Below, one piece after another: positions 50,719 to 63,558 of a DNA stretch of 64,000 nucleotides. The stretch lies in assembly GCA_001949185.1 (NCBI GenBank), contig BDGG01000017.1, positions 1-64,000 on the forward strand. Reading direction: 5' to 3'. This stretch comes from Ramazzottius varieornatus (lineage: Eukaryota > Animalia > Tardigrada). Position numbers and translations under genes: made by a program. The stretch's first letter is position 1, and every line of letters begins with the position of its first letter. The notes below the pieces were generated by a model. The model worked only from the letters and a program-made list of their open reading frames with translations, was not told the origin of the DNA and ran no database searches.

Positions 50719-51720
50719 ATGACCAACAGTACCATACCCCGGCTCTCCAACTCGACTTTGCCATATGGTCCAAGCTGGACCTTCAGTCCATCGTTTACTC
50801 TGTCTGTCCAAATCAGTGCAATTCTGATGAACGGCAGCGTCCTCACTCTCTTTGTCCGCAGCCCATCACTGCTTACTCCTTTCACCATTTACGTGATGAA
50901 CCTTTTCCTGGCCAACCTAAGCTGCGCCATTTTATTTTACACGATCGAGTTGGTGAGTGGTTTATATTCTTACTGGTGGAGGGGGCATGCGGCTTGCACT
51001 TACTACAACTACACCAACTGGATCTTTAACGCGGCAATGTGCAATGCACATGCACTGATTGCACTGAATCGGCTGTGGGCCGTAACCTTTCCAGTCTCCT
51101 ACCAACTTTATCACCGCAAACGCTTCGCACTGGGTCTTTGTGCTGCAATGTGGATCTACCTGCACGCATGTCTCTTGCCAGGTATCATCCAGGATGCTTT
51201 ATGGTACCGCCTGCCGGAAGAAACGAATGGATGCCTGGTCAACACATCCGCTCAGCAGAAATACGCCTGGGCCATGCAGATCATAGTGTATGATATACCA
51301 GAAGCGCTGGTGTTACTAACGTATCCTGTCATTTGCTACAAGACATGGAAACGAAGACGAGCTAACAACGTCCAGCCATCGGGAGCCAATCGCGGTAGAC
51401 TGAACTGTCGCAACCCAGGTACCGCTCCATCGGGCACCGCTGCGCTCAGCGAAGGCGGAACGATTTCAAGAACTGGACGACGCACCCGCAAAGTGAACCA
51501 TGGCTTTCTGTCTTTGACTTTGATGACGCTGACTGTCTTAATCTGCTATTCTCCTGGTCAGACGTATTTCACCCTGCTGCTAATCTTTAGCATTGATATC
51601 CCGAATATGTACCCAATCACCTCAGCCATGAACGCGCTCATCATCGTCCTGGATCCCATTTGGTTCGTTCTAGCTGTGACCGACTTAAGAAATGCTTTCC
51701 GCCGAACTTACTGCGGTTGA
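50719..51720 (+). CDS. Intronless rhodopsin-class GPCR, 333 aa
   Basis: Seven hydrophobic segments and N-glycosylation sites at the N-terminus. Motifs MNGSVL, NLFLANL, IALNRLWAV (DRY variant), CYSP (TM6) and LDPIWF (NPxxY variant). Confidence 0.9.
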   Translation: MTNSTIPRLSNSTLPYGPSWTFSPSFTLSVQISAILMNGSVLTLFVRSPSLLTPFTIYVMNLFLANLSCAILFYTIELVSGLYSYWWRGHAACTYYNYTNWIFNAAMCNAHALIALNRLWAVTFPVSYQLYHRKRFALGLCAAMWIYLHACLLPGIIQDALWYRLPEETNGCLVNTSAQQKYAWAMQIIVYDIPEALVLLTYPVICYKTWKRRRANNVQPSGANRGRLNCRNPGTAPSGTAALSEGGTISRTGRRTRKVNHGFLSLTLMTLTVLICYSPGQTYFTLLLIFSIDIPNMYPITSAMNALIIVLDPIWFVLAVTDLRNAFRRTYCG

Positions 51721-52178
51721 ACTGCAGTAAACCAAAGAATCCGTACTAATAACTTATACCACATCAACTTTGTCATTTCATCCCTCTCTTCTCCCTAAAT
51801 CACGTTAGCTTTACTGGTGTACTCACTATTATGTATCAGCCGAAACTTCAGTTGGCAAAGGATCTACGTATAAATACGCAAATAAAACAAACAACAAGCG
51901 ACCGCAAGGTTTCTGGAGTTCGGGACTTGTCGAAAATTCGGAGTTACAGCATCGAGCCTACTTAATGACAAGGGAATATCGATATGTTGAACAATGTTCC
52001 CGCCGGATCCGGAAAACCTTTTTTCATCAGTCCGCCGATCGATTTGAGATCTTAGAAAATGAGATGCACCTCATCAGACAGACCGAACTATAGACTGGAT
52101 ATCACAGGACGTGTCTCGAAACACTCAAAAAAACCCAGAATTTGCCGGTTTGTCGTGAAAACCTATGAATTTTGCACC

Positions 52179-52374
52179 CTGTGCTGAACAAAATCCGTGA
52201 ATTTCCAAAATCGATATATCGAAATACAATCGATATCTGTCGATACGATATCCGCCGATATCGTATCCAGCTATTCGATATTCTTTCTGCATCGATATTT
52301 CAATACGATATTTTTTCGATACTGTGTCGCGCGATATCGATATGTTTCAGTACGATATCGGTATGCCAGCACGG
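52179..52374. mobile_element. Short CGATA-rich element related to 4452-5083
   Basis: Dense CGATAT repeats ending in TGCCAGCAC, as in the 4452-5083 right TIR. Confidence 0.6.
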
Positions 52375-52595
52375 AGCGTAAGTGGAGAGATATTCTAAGC
52401 TCTGTTCCATCTGCCGATGAGGGGTACTTTTGGCTTTCTAGTCACTTCTCCGAGCAACTTTTGTGGATTTCTCAACGGCCGATGGTCTTAGACCACTTGA
52501 AGCGACAAACTTGCCGTTTCATAAAGTCGAGATCCACTCTTGATCATCCCGCTACCAGGGAAGATCAACTGACAGGATCTGTGATACCCGTTATG

Positions 52596-52720
52596 TACTG
52601 TAATGCTTCATGAACTTCGCGAATCACGTCATAGTGAGCGTGTGCTGTATGCGTCATCATACCCGTAAACCCTACGCGCACTGTGACGTCACTTCACGAA
52701 GTTCATGAAGCATTACAGTA
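52596..52720. mobile_element. Small MITE with TA flanks
   Basis: TACTGTAATGCTTCATGAACTTCG and CGAAGTTCATGAAGCATTACAGTA. Confidence 0.8.
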
Positions 52721-53500
52721 CGATCCACCACACAGTCGGACACGTGACCCAATCCCGGTGGTAAGAACGCGGTTTACCGGCCAATCAGCATCAGCTGTCA
52801 TCAATCAAACCAAGCAGGTTAAACTCGAACAATCAGCGGTAGGATACTGTCCCACTGTGATATATCAGGTAAGCGAAGTTCTCTGTCATTTTTCAAACAC
52901 ACGCTTCATGTTCCCGGCGCCACTATCAAAACTGCGAAAGCGCTTCACGGCTTGTAGCTAGAGAATGGCGTCGGTCAAGTTCTGCGAAAGGACTTTTACT
53001 AGACGTTTGAAAGCTCCGCTGAGCTAGCGGTTGTCTCGAACTGATTATCAAGTTCGTGGTATCCGTTCTTTGGCACTATCCGAATATGGTTAGTACACGT
53101 TGCTGGGTTCAATGCGCTTCTTTCACTTCTTCCATCTTATCCACAAGCTTAAACATCATTAATAAAGGTCACAAGCAAAATATGCTCTTTTCTCATCTGC
53201 CACTCCTTCCACACAACCCGCTTAAGACCAGTACGCCATTCAAACCCACAAAAGCGCTAAAAGATTCACGCTTTCTTCTTAAAAAGTAATGACTACTACA
53301 CAAAACTTACCATGAAACCTCGGCTACTGGAACGTGCAAACATCAGAAATATGGTCCAAGACTAAAAATACAACTGAATCAAACGAAGACGAGATGGAAA
53401 CGACTCCACTATCAGACCTCCCAAGGCAGCAGAATTCTTAAAACAGCGTAAATATAGTTTGGAGTTGAGCAAGCTGACCATGGACCCCCCCCCCCCGGCC

Positions 53501-53695
53501 NNNNNNNNNNNNNNNNNNNNNNNNNNNNNNNNNNNNNNNNNNNNNNNNNNNNNNNNNNNNNNNNNNNNNNNNNNNNNNNNNNNNNNNNNNNNNNNNNNNN
53601 NNNNNNNNNNNNNNNNNNNNNNNNNNNNNNNNNNNNNNNNNNNNNNNNNNNNNNNNNNNNNNNNNNNNNNNNNNNNNNNNNNNNNNNNNNNNNNN
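53501..53695. other. Assembly gap (N run)
   Basis: 195 N. ACCATGGA-polyC occurs on both sides, which suggests the contig ends overlap. Confidence 0.97.
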
Positions 53696-53805
53696 ACCAT
53701 GGACCCCCCCCCCCCGCCCCACTCCAGCCTCCCGCTCCAGCATCACCATTGTCCACCAGGTGGATCTGGCTTCCGTTCAATCAACGCCGTTAATTTAATG
53801 AAATT

Positions 53806-54197
53806 AGATTTTCAGATCTACGGTGGTCAAGAACTAACAACGGTTTGTTTTCTCAGCTTGGTAAGCCCGAAAGTCCTGCCTTGGTTCCAGAAAATTTCCC
53901 CGCTCCTGCCCTCTCCACTCCTGAAAAGACAAGCCGACGTCGTTCCATACAAGAAGCTCGTCTGCGTCTTGGTCTGCGCAACACCACTCCCATCTCCCAT
54001 CCCACCGCCATCACCGCTCCCGCTGCCTGACGACATCGATGGACTTGAGGTGGCCTTGGACGGCGACGGCCTTTCTTTTTAGGAGTGGATGAGGCAGAAG
54101 GGCCGAACTTTCCGGAACTAGGAGAGGACTTTCGAGCCTACCAAGCTGAAAAAACAAAGCGTTGTGAGTTCGTGACTACTGTAGATCTGGAAATCTG
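53806..54197. mobile_element. TIR element with ~90-bp arms enclosing a GC-rich coding-like insert
   Basis: AGATTTTCAGATCTACGGTGGTCA..CAGCTTGGTAAGCCCGAAAGTCCT and AGGACTTTCGAGCCTACCAAGCTG..TGACTACTGTAGATCTGGAAATCT. Confidence 0.7.
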
Positions 54198-54477
54198 GAT
54201 ATATACTGTATCCAGCAGTCTCTACATGCGTGCACAGCTTACACTTACCATCAGGACCTGACGAGACTCAAAGCCTTGGCTGAGGTAACGCAAGTCGTCA
54301 CCCGTACCAGTCGTAGAATAGAAGCCGACAAAATCGTGCAGGTCACCGATAGGGACTCCAAGTCGATAGCCATGCCAGAGCCCGTTAGAAGACGGATGAG
54401 TCTGGATGCACAGGTACCCTGATTTCTAGACTATCGGTACTGCGATATTGTTTATTCATTAGCTGAAACGTGTGTAA

Positions 54478-55114
54478 CTAGCAATACGGCAAGGTGAATC
54501 GGTCGACGCAAGCACCACTTTCCGATCTGTAATCAAAGAACTGACCAGGTGGACATGTTTCTACCTTACCGGTAAGACCAGAACAATAGCACCAGTATGG
54601 ACTGCATATATCTAGGGGAAAAAATGGCCCAGGGGGACCGGCGCGATCAAAGCAGTTTTGCGCATTACAATAAGCAGATATGAAAGGAGGGGGAGCAGGC
54701 CAAGGAGCCGCCGGTATCGGTGGGTTCGGTGGCCTCTTCACTGGGCACCAACTTGCATCTCCGGTGCGACAGCTGGGTCCTTGTTCGTAAAAGTACTTGC
54801 CAGCTGCACAACTGAATATCTTGGCAGTGGAGCCGCTACAGCGGCAGTAGTTGCTGGAGCATTGCTGAACTTGGTAGTACCCGTCGGGCTTGGTCCGACA
54901 GTAGACTTGATCGCAACGATCGTACCCGTTGGGGCGTAGCGGAGGCTGCGCTTGGACGTGGACTGCAAAGATGGCAAAATGATCACTATACCGTGCACAT
55001 TCGAGTTGGACGAAGTGACGAACCGTGTTCTGCAGCAATCAGACCTCGTGGGTACTTACCGAGCATCAGCAAAACCGTGGTACCGCAAAGTGGCGGTAGT
55101 AGTCTCTTCATCAT
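54478..55114 (-). CDS. Secreted Cys-rich protein with two chitin-binding type-2 (peritrophin-A)-like domains
   Basis: Signal-peptide exon MMKRLLPPLCGTTVLLML| then VHVQAQ..CRTKPDGYY..CSSNYCRC..CAAGKYF..C, a Pro-rich linker, and CSPYWCYC..CPPGQFFD..C. Confidence 0.75.
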
Positions 55115-56127
55115 GCCAAACCAAGGTCGAGCCCTCAGCTTAATTACTACTGTCTAAAGAAAGTTAGAAACTGGAAAGTAGGGAAGTAGTTTTATGCAAT
55201 CCATTGATATATCATACAGCACGTTGGTGTGAATGTTTAATGTCTGGCAGTAATGGGCTACCATGCGAGAAGCGCAAACGTAAGCGCAATTCCACCAGGG
55301 TACCTGCCTGTGGGCGCTTTTTCAATGGGATGGACGTGCCTCGGTAAAAAGGAGCGCAGTGAATAGTAGAGCAACAAACGCAGCGCACTTCTTATTCTGA
55401 TGACACGCGGTTTTACCTGAACGCTGCTTCACTAGCTAGATTTTTTTCCAGACAGGTTGAATGACTTAGTGCGCTTCGTGAGCTCGTTCTTGTCCTCTTA
55501 ACTGATTTTAGGCTTGATTTATGGCCTAAGGATGCACACGAAAGAAAATTTCACAACGTTTCTTCGTTGCGCGAAACCGAATCGGGCAATTCCAGTCAGA
55601 AAAGTGTCCTGGACAATAACTTTTGCTAGTACAGTGTATAAACTCCGAATTCCCCATTGGAAGCGACGTCCAGAGATCACGCGACCAGAAATCAAATCCC
55701 CGAACAAACGTACTTACATGAACCCTTAAAAAAACCTCTGATCCCTAATTTCTAGCCACTGATCCCAAGATCGAATCTTACTGCGGAACTCCCCAGCCTC
55801 CTGAGCATACACCTTCCTCTTGATTTCGCAAGAAGTAGCCATACAATTTGGATGAAGTCAGAGTCCCAGCCTTCCGGCAGGACATTACCGCGAGGAATAC
55901 CACTGCCTACCTAACGTCGCAGTTTTATCGAACTGCTGCCCGTTACGACCTTGTGTCACTCGAACAAAGTAAGGTCAGACCCAGCGAGCAGCGGAGGCGC
56001 TGAGCGCGAGGCGGCAGGGAGCACAGAGGCTGCAGATACCGCAGTCTGCTGAGCTAGCTCCTTGGTATCACGGTGTAAACAGTTCCCCATCTCAAGTTAG
56101 GCTCTTGATTTCTGCGATACCACACGT

Positions 56128-56293
56128 AGTGAAGGCTCGGCGAAGCGAAAATTAAACTTTTCGCCGTTCTTCGTCGTGGCGAAAAATAATTTTCGCCGCG
56201 GCGGACAAAACATTCTGATCGATTGATCAAGGATGCTTCTGCCGCGGCGAAGAACGGCGAAAAATTTTATTTTCGCTTCAACGAGCCTACACT
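56128..56293. mobile_element. Palindromic MITE
   Basis: AGTGAAGGCTCGGCGAAGCGAAAAT..TTCGCCGTTCTTCG and CGAAGAACGGCGAA..ATTTTCGCTTCAACGAGCCTACACT. Confidence 0.7.
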
Positions 56294-56589
56294 AACCACA
56301 TGTTCCCTCGGAAATCCTCCGAGGCCGCGTACTGGATACACAGTAATTCTTTTAGTGGAAATTATACTTGAAAACTATGCGGGTGCTGATCGGTCTGTAG
56401 AAACCATGACCGTAAAATAATAGTTCGACAGTGCAGTACAATCACCGGCTGGCTCGCGAGTTCGTTATCGTTTGGCGTTTTGGCTTTCTGAAGTTTAATT
56501 GGTTGCGTCAAACTGCGAGCTTAAAACCTAAAAGCAGATGACCATTCACCGAACAGCGCGTGTAGTTCCCCGTACGCGGTGCCAAGTAT

Positions 56590-59117
56590 TTAGGTAATCA
56601 AACTAGCAACAACATTCGCCACTGCTGTCAAACAAATATTATCAACACTTTTCTTCAAAAAGCCTTGCCCTTTGTTGACAATCTGCTGCCAGATGGCTTT
56701 TTGGCCGCCGAATTTCTTCTTAATGAACTCAACAGCGATAGCCGTTGCGATGAAGTTATCGTCGACAGCTGAAGCCTCTCCTGCGTCTCTAACGAGAGTG
56801 GCTCTGACGTCCGCCAACCGCACTCCTGTAATCTTTTCCAGATGATCGGTAGCGCTCCAACTACCGTCCCATTGCTGGAGTTGCAACAAAACGCTCAACG
56901 CCGATTCGGTGCCCGTGTCGACCGACTCCGCATCTTGTATCCCCAGGCGCGCATCACCCTGATCATGCTGGTCAAGACTAGTCACTGCGCCAAAATCTAG
57001 GGACTCAGATGATACACCTCCAGGCATAAAGCCCGAAGCTGCAATTTCAAATGACGCACCGCCCGATGCCTTTTGGTACATCAGGCCGCCCAGTCTGGAT
57101 GATGATCTAGATCTAGATCTAGATCTTCCCCATTGTCTCGACATCGGAGGGAGGATCGCTAAAAAATAAAAAGACAAAAATTATTAACCGAAAATTCTTA
57201 GTGCGCAACGAACACACCGTCGCTCTGGATATCAATGGAATATCTCTTACCAGCTAGGCAAAACTGAGGAGCCATAATTTGTGGTAGTCCAGTCTTCTGT
57301 ACAGGAATTTCTCTTATTTTCATTGAACCAGCTGCCGCTCTTTCACTGTCCGATCTTTTCTCCACAGCCACTAACGATACGTACTTTGACATCACACCAT
57401 AGCTCAGCGAAACTTCCGTGAGCCTCTGTTGCAGTTTCTTTTCTTCCTCATTCTCCGACGGCGTCACTCCCCTGTTCTGTACCGAGCCCTGAAACTTCCT
57501 CACACTGGCCGTAGTCTCCATGTCTTTGATCAACGCTCTGGCCGCCAGTTTCTCCAAGAACCCAGCCTTCCTTGCTTCTTCAATCGAAAACCTCTTTTCC
57601 ATGATCCGTTTCCCAATTTGGAATATCACAGCTGGTTCGGTAATACCTTCGCTCTTCTGGAAGAAGGCGTAAACGAGCAGCCGGTCATTGTTGAAGACAG
57701 GTGGCAGTGTAGTCGGCACCTGCTGTACACTTCTTAGCCCGTCCCATAACACACTTGTCTTCGTCACAGCGGGCTGAAGTGCTCGACTCAAATGCCGTCC
57801 AATCTTCTCCTCGAGCACTTCTCCCTTTTTGATAAACTCCGCTTTACCGTTGCCGGCCATGGCAATACCGTTGACCAGAGAACGGCTGGGACTATCCCCT
57901 AAACCGTACGCAAAGACCCGCGTGTTACTTGCGTTATGCGCCACCAGTTGGATGACCTCGTCGGTGTTGGTCACATCTCCGTCCGTCAGAACGAAGAGCT
58001 GTCGAGCGAAGCCGGATTCAACTGGCTCGGAGTAGATTTTGCGCAGTGGTTCAAGGATCTCGGTACCACCGAGGTTTGCTTGTGTGGTGGTGGCGTAAAC
58101 TTTGGCCTTGTCGAATGTGTCGGCATTGTAGGGCTGGCTTTGAGGAAAGAGTGACTCGAAACTACTGCCGAATCGGTAAAAGTTGAAGGCACAACCTTGG
58201 GGAATACTTCGCAGGAAGATGTGCATGGCTCGTCGAGCTTCGTCGATTTTCCCCTGGTCTTGCATCGAGCCTGAGCAGTCGACCAGGAAGATCAGCTCCG
58301 ACTGGACAGTGCATTCTTCCGGCTCGAAATGTGGCACGAATGAGCACATGGCAGTGTACTGTCCGGCACTTGTCTCCTCCACTTCGACGTGTACTTCCGG
58401 GTTACTCTGAACTTCGATCATGATGATCAGATCTCGATCTAACGGTTGTTGAGAAGCGCCGAACGAAAGTCCGACTGCTTGCGGGTTCTGAATCGACACC
58501 GATAAAGGATGGGAGGGTGATGTGACGGATTTTATGGTACTGTTAACTGTGATGTGAGCTTTCAGGGTTGCTGAGTACGGCACAGAAGAGTGGTAAACTT
58601 CAGGGGGCGCCACTGATCTGGCTGAGCCATTCGGGTGTGGGTTGTAACGAGGTGATAAAGACATTGGAATAGTCAGCTGCGTGACGGTTTCCGTCACCGA
58701 TTCCAGTGTCGCGACGTACTTTATGGATACCCGGCATTCCTTGCTGGGTGGTAGTCGTCCGACACTAAGGATGAATGTGTCGTCACTACGATCACTTTGG
58801 TCCAGTAGGTAGGCGCCATCTCCTCGTGAGAGTGCGTCGGTGTATTCCTGGAATGCTTCGTCCTTCTTTTTGAACTGGCTGACGAGGCTCTTGCCGTCGA
58901 TCTCGACGGTGAAACCGACGACGGCGGCTTGGTCATTGATGGGGAATCCGTAGACGCATTCCACATCGCTGGTTTCCTCGTTCCTGTAGGTTTGGTTGAT
59001 GGTGATTTGACTGGCGAAAGACTTGACTTGGACGTCGTATTCGACAGCTGTCAAGGGAACTGCCTTGTTGGAATCCCTGATAAAAAGCCCACAGCACCTT
59101 TTTGTAAGGCTCTCCAT
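56590..59117 (-). CDS. VWA5A-like protein (VIT + VWA domains), 2 exons
   Basis: VIT: VPLTAVEYDVQV..QTYRNE..VECVYGFP..GRLPP. VWA: ELIFLVDCSGSM..FNFYRFGS..ANLGGTEILEPL..LFVLTDGDV. C-terminal LQQWDGSW. Confidence 0.9.
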
Positions 59118-61064
59118 GCTGGCAAGAGTGTTTCGAAAATGATCAAACTCTGATATCCCGACAGGTCTAACAAGCAATTTATGTTGTTGAAAACGGGTAA
59201 ATGCAAACTGAGGAAAGTAATGGAGCTATGGACTGAGTTGCGGCTGCTTATATCGCAGCTTCGGTCGCTGGTACAAAACACGTCTATAGAATACAATCAT
59301 TTGTTTGAGTTACCACTTCATACCAGGATTTGGATGAGCTCACAGTTCACGGAGATATACAGTCATGAAGACTCGCAGCGACCTTGTACAAATGAGTCAG
59401 TGAAGCCACAAACGGCGGCCACATGTACCGCCGAACAGTGGCTCCACGTCATGAGTCGAAAGGAGCGGGTTAATCGCTAGCGGGAAGAACAACTTTTATG
59501 TGATGCAATAAACAATATCCAAGGGAAAATTCTGACTACAGCCAGTGTTCGAGTTTGAGAGGGCGTCTCCATCCCGGTCGATGAGGTGGCGACAACATCT
59601 CGGTTTGTATGTTAGCCCTGACGGAGGAATACTGGTTGCACTGCTGGACGGTATCTTTACCATGATAAGACAAGGAGGCAGTTCACGAAGAAAGTTTGAC
59701 TGGTGGTTATCGCAGAAGAAAACCGCCAGTCGATAACGGAGGTTTTTCGCGGTTAGTCGCCACACAAGCTTTCGCACGGGATCTGCCCTCAGCCAATGTA
59801 AGTAGCGAAGAATGTGTCGTGTTCATCGGTGTGAGTGCAACAAGCCGCTTTTGATTTAATGGCATGTTTCAAAATCGGCCGAATGCATCAGCCTCATTGG
59901 AGCTGCTGCGGCAGATTCGTCAAAGACGATGAGTATCTTGGCACGAAGCATGCTTTTTGTAAGAAGCGCACATACCAGAATTACATTAGGCGTCTATTGA
60001 ATCATTGTACATGCATGTTCTCCCCAATTGAGCTAACGTTGCAATTGTGGGCGTCTGTTTTCATGTGGTGTCATCGGCGGATTATTTTGAGTAGCGCCAC
60101 GGTTCGTCTGGTTTTCTGTCTGACCGGCCACCGTAACACAGCGCGCGGGTTAAAAGCAAGCGCTGAAAGTTGAAACCGGTTTGGCAACGCGTGACCGTCA
60201 TCAGCCAGCACAGATTTCCGGCATGCATGATGTCTCACCCCTAACCAGATAGAGAGACTGCGCAACATCACAGCCACACGTCCAACAGCTGTGACCAACG
60301 GAGCTAGGCAAAATATTGCCTCGACCACGAAAAAAAACCTGACGGTTATGTGATCCTCTTTGTCAGACAAGCGCCGGAAGAAAATGGCAAAGACAAAAAT
60401 ATCAGATTCCGCATCCAGACAAAAGTTCATCGATTCATTGATTCTGGGTTTATCGGTGCCTCGGCAAGTTTCTCGAATATTCCTTCGTCTGTGTCTAAGT
60501 GATAGCAGCGATATTCACGCGTCGACAAAATAATGAACCCTCATATAGAGCAGAGTTGACATTTATCGATGTCGGCAAAGTAATTTACAGCCAAAAAATA
60601 TTGTTTCAAACAAAACGCTGACAGATCGGCATTGAGAGGCGGAAGCTTCGGAAGTGCAGTGTGTGCTGGTTAAAGATATCGATCCATAACGTCCCAGCCC
60701 GAAAATAAAACGCAGACACTAATGGTTCGATGAAGTAATGATGACATGGGCAAACTTTACAATTTCACCCTAGCCTATCTTATATGGACGGCTATAACTG
60801 GACGGAAGAAAAAGCGATAGCTTACGTCATTTCATACATTTATAGCTGCCAGATCGTATCAAGCTCCAGTCGAGCGTGCCATCCGAAAGAAAGTTTCACA
60901 TTCCGGCCATCATTACAGCTTTTTTCCACAGTGAAAGTACATGCAGCCAACGATAAATAAACGTCAGGACGTAAAATACAGCAGTAAAACACGACTATGG
61001 AAAAAAAGGTTTTATCTGACATTTGGGGGACATTCCTAACAGGAGGAGGAGAAAATGCTCATGT

Positions 61065-62039
61065 CTAGAAATTGGTGATGGGAATTCGGTGTTCTGAAGT
61101 GAGAGGGAGGGCGGGGAGAGGAGCTTCGACGGTGAGAATGCCATCTTTGGAGAGGGTTGACTTGATCAGTTCGGGGTCGGTGCCTTGTGGCAGGAGGAAT
61201 TCGCGGTTGTACTCGCGGTAGACCGAGCGTCCTTCGCCCTTCTCCTCATGCTTGGCATGGACCTTGAGCTTTTGATCGACCGTCTTGACGGAGATTTCTT
61301 CCGGCCGGTACTCGCTGACGTCGAAGCGGAGACGCAGGCACTTGCCGTCGTGGCCGCTGATGTCTTGATGGTTGGAGATTAGTGGGCTGTCCAGATTATC
61401 CATCCATTGCTTCAATTCCGTCCGATACTCCCCGCCCGGCTCCATTGATCCCGCCACCGAGCTGTCACCGAAATTGCTGCGTGAGGAGGTGGTGCGTGTG
61501 GTCGTTGAACGCGACTCTTTGAAAGACGACTCCAGCCTTTTATTTCCTGTTGAAGACCATTCATCTGAATTAAGTCAAATTAACATGGTACACCTTTTTA
61601 ACCTCTTCCCAACGATTCCCATCGTTACACTGAGCAGTAAAATGATGTCCAAAAATTAGTCAAGATTGCGTCTTGTTCTGCGTCACTCCATTGTACTCAG
61701 ATGCACATATATATGTACAAAGCAAACTTCGTGGCGGAGACAACATCCTGTTGACCATTTTTCTTCGCTTAATTTTCTTATGGAATAATCCAGGCATTTT
61801 TAACTATGGGTAAGTCAAACGTGATGGACTATCTTACCTTCGAGGATTTCGCCTCTGAGTCGGTTCATTTCCTCCTCCATCTTCCTCATCTCGTCATCAA
61901 AGCGCTCACGAATAGAGCCGAATTCCTTCTCCACGACGCTGGTTTCACGTTGTAGGACAGGGACACGCACTTCGCTGTCGTGCAGCATGCTGGAACTGCT
62001 GTGATTCCGCGTTTCATAACTCATTCTGGTTTGTTCCAT
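61065..62039 (-). CDS. Small heat-shock protein (alpha-crystallin domain; Hsp21.4/CG14207-like), 2 exons
   Basis: VVEKEFGSIRERFDDEMRKMEEEMNRLR | ..WMDNLDSPLI..LRLRFDVSEYRPEEISVK..VHAKHEEK..VYREYNREFLLP..STLSKDGILTVEAP..EHRIPI (IxI motif). Confidence 0.93.
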
Positions 62040-62396
62040 CGTACAGCTTCCACAATCGCAATTCCGTAAACTGAGACTCTCCTTTCAGCCTAGCTTTATC
62101 CACTGAGGCGTCCGGATGCAATGTCGAGTCAACAGCAACTTCAACCTTCGCTCTTGTGAACCACTTCAGGACAATGTACATAAACGTGTATAAAGTTTGA
62201 GGTTAGCTCTGCTATCGCCCCAAGATAAGAGCGGTATGGACGACGAGTTGACTAATGAATATAAAAAGACGTGCAGCAGTAAAAACTGAAGCGGGCCAAT
62301 GTCAATTCAATATACACGATCGAAGAAGATGGTGCGTTTCCGCATCAAACGTGAAACTATCACGCACACTGTGCTGTATGTCTATACTGTATACAT

Positions 62397-62411
62397 TGAA
62401 CTTTCGAGAAT
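62397..62411 (-). promoter_or_regulatory. Perfect heat-shock element upstream of the small HSP
   Basis: tGAAc-tTTCg-aGAAt, about 360 bp 5' of the sHSP ATG. Confidence 0.6.
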
Positions 62412-63086
62412 GGCGCAGAAACAGTACAGTCTGTGTTTTACAGTCGGAGGAGATGCTTGTGTAACATTTATCTAACAGGGTTGCCTTGATCGATGGCAGC
62501 ATCAGCGGAATATAGAGTAGTATAGAAGCGAGAGAAGACAAGTTCAATGTGGGATGGGGCAATTGCAAGCTCAGCAGTACAGTGAACACATCTATCGAGC
62601 TAATGCTATTAAGCTGTCTGAAGTACACCAAACGTTTTTCAGCCTTTCTCTGTTTTGATCGTACGGTCCGTAGAGTACATGACACACTGGTATGCGACGT
62701 GATAAATCCGACTCAAGTGGCGTATGCAGGATGATGCAGCACGCAACTGATTATGAATCATCTAATCGATTTTTTCACTTTTGCTGGACCAGCCTACTCG
62801 TACTTTATTATCCGCTATCGTTGCAGACTTGCAGTATAGTGATACTTCAACGCATGAACTCATACCGAGCTTTATTGAACCTTCACGGAAAATCATGACG
62901 CATAGATTTTGGGTGCAATCCGACATATTAGCGGAAGGTGTCGCTCTCTATTGAACATCGACTTTCTGCAGATTGCCAGTGACAGGTCTGTTCCGGGCCT
63001 GACTATGAAACAGCCATTGATTCTAGTAATATTATGTAGCCTTGATTGTAGTACCCAGATGACTGCTCTTCAATCAAGACTATAAC

Positions 63087-63558
63087 ATATGGGTATCGGC
63101 GGGCTAATTTGCGTACGAACTGTCTTGACTCCGAACGACCCTTTTCTGACTTGTTATAGGCAATATCGCGGGGCATCGCGTGGTGAGTTTGCCGTACCTC
63201 GCCGTGGCTCAAAGTTTCAAAACATTGTTCGCCCTTTTGAGAAGATTTCTCTGGAAATTCCAGGGGAGGTTTTATTGCAAAATACGTGCGGGCGCATTTT
63301 CAGGCTGTACGCCGTCGCTGTGACGTCCGAAACATTTTCAGCCAAAATTTCGAACCCCTCCAAATTTTCCTGACGTAGCCACCTGACCACTGGTCAGACA
63401 GTCAAATTAACCCCAGTATCTTGTTCCTCGATGTTTGCTTCACTAGATTGCATCAGCAGTTTAACTTCGCCCTTGGGGTCCCAAAACATCAGACTCGTTT
63501 TCTCAACAATTAGACTGGGAAACGTTCGTACGCAAATTGGGCCGCCGAAACCCACATA
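63087..63558. mobile_element. ~470-bp TIR element, copy 2
   Basis: Ends CATATGGGTATCGGCGG and CCGCCGAAACCCACAT. Diverged colinear match to 43236-43737. Confidence 0.7.

Noticed and set aside
53362-54082. ORFs spanning the N run and the duplicated ACCATGGA-polyC
   Set aside because: Assembly gap artefact.
57105-57126. (TCTAGA)n palindromic repeat encoding SRSRSR in VWA5A-like
   Set aside because: Short microsatellite in a low-complexity linker, too brief to call an RS domain.
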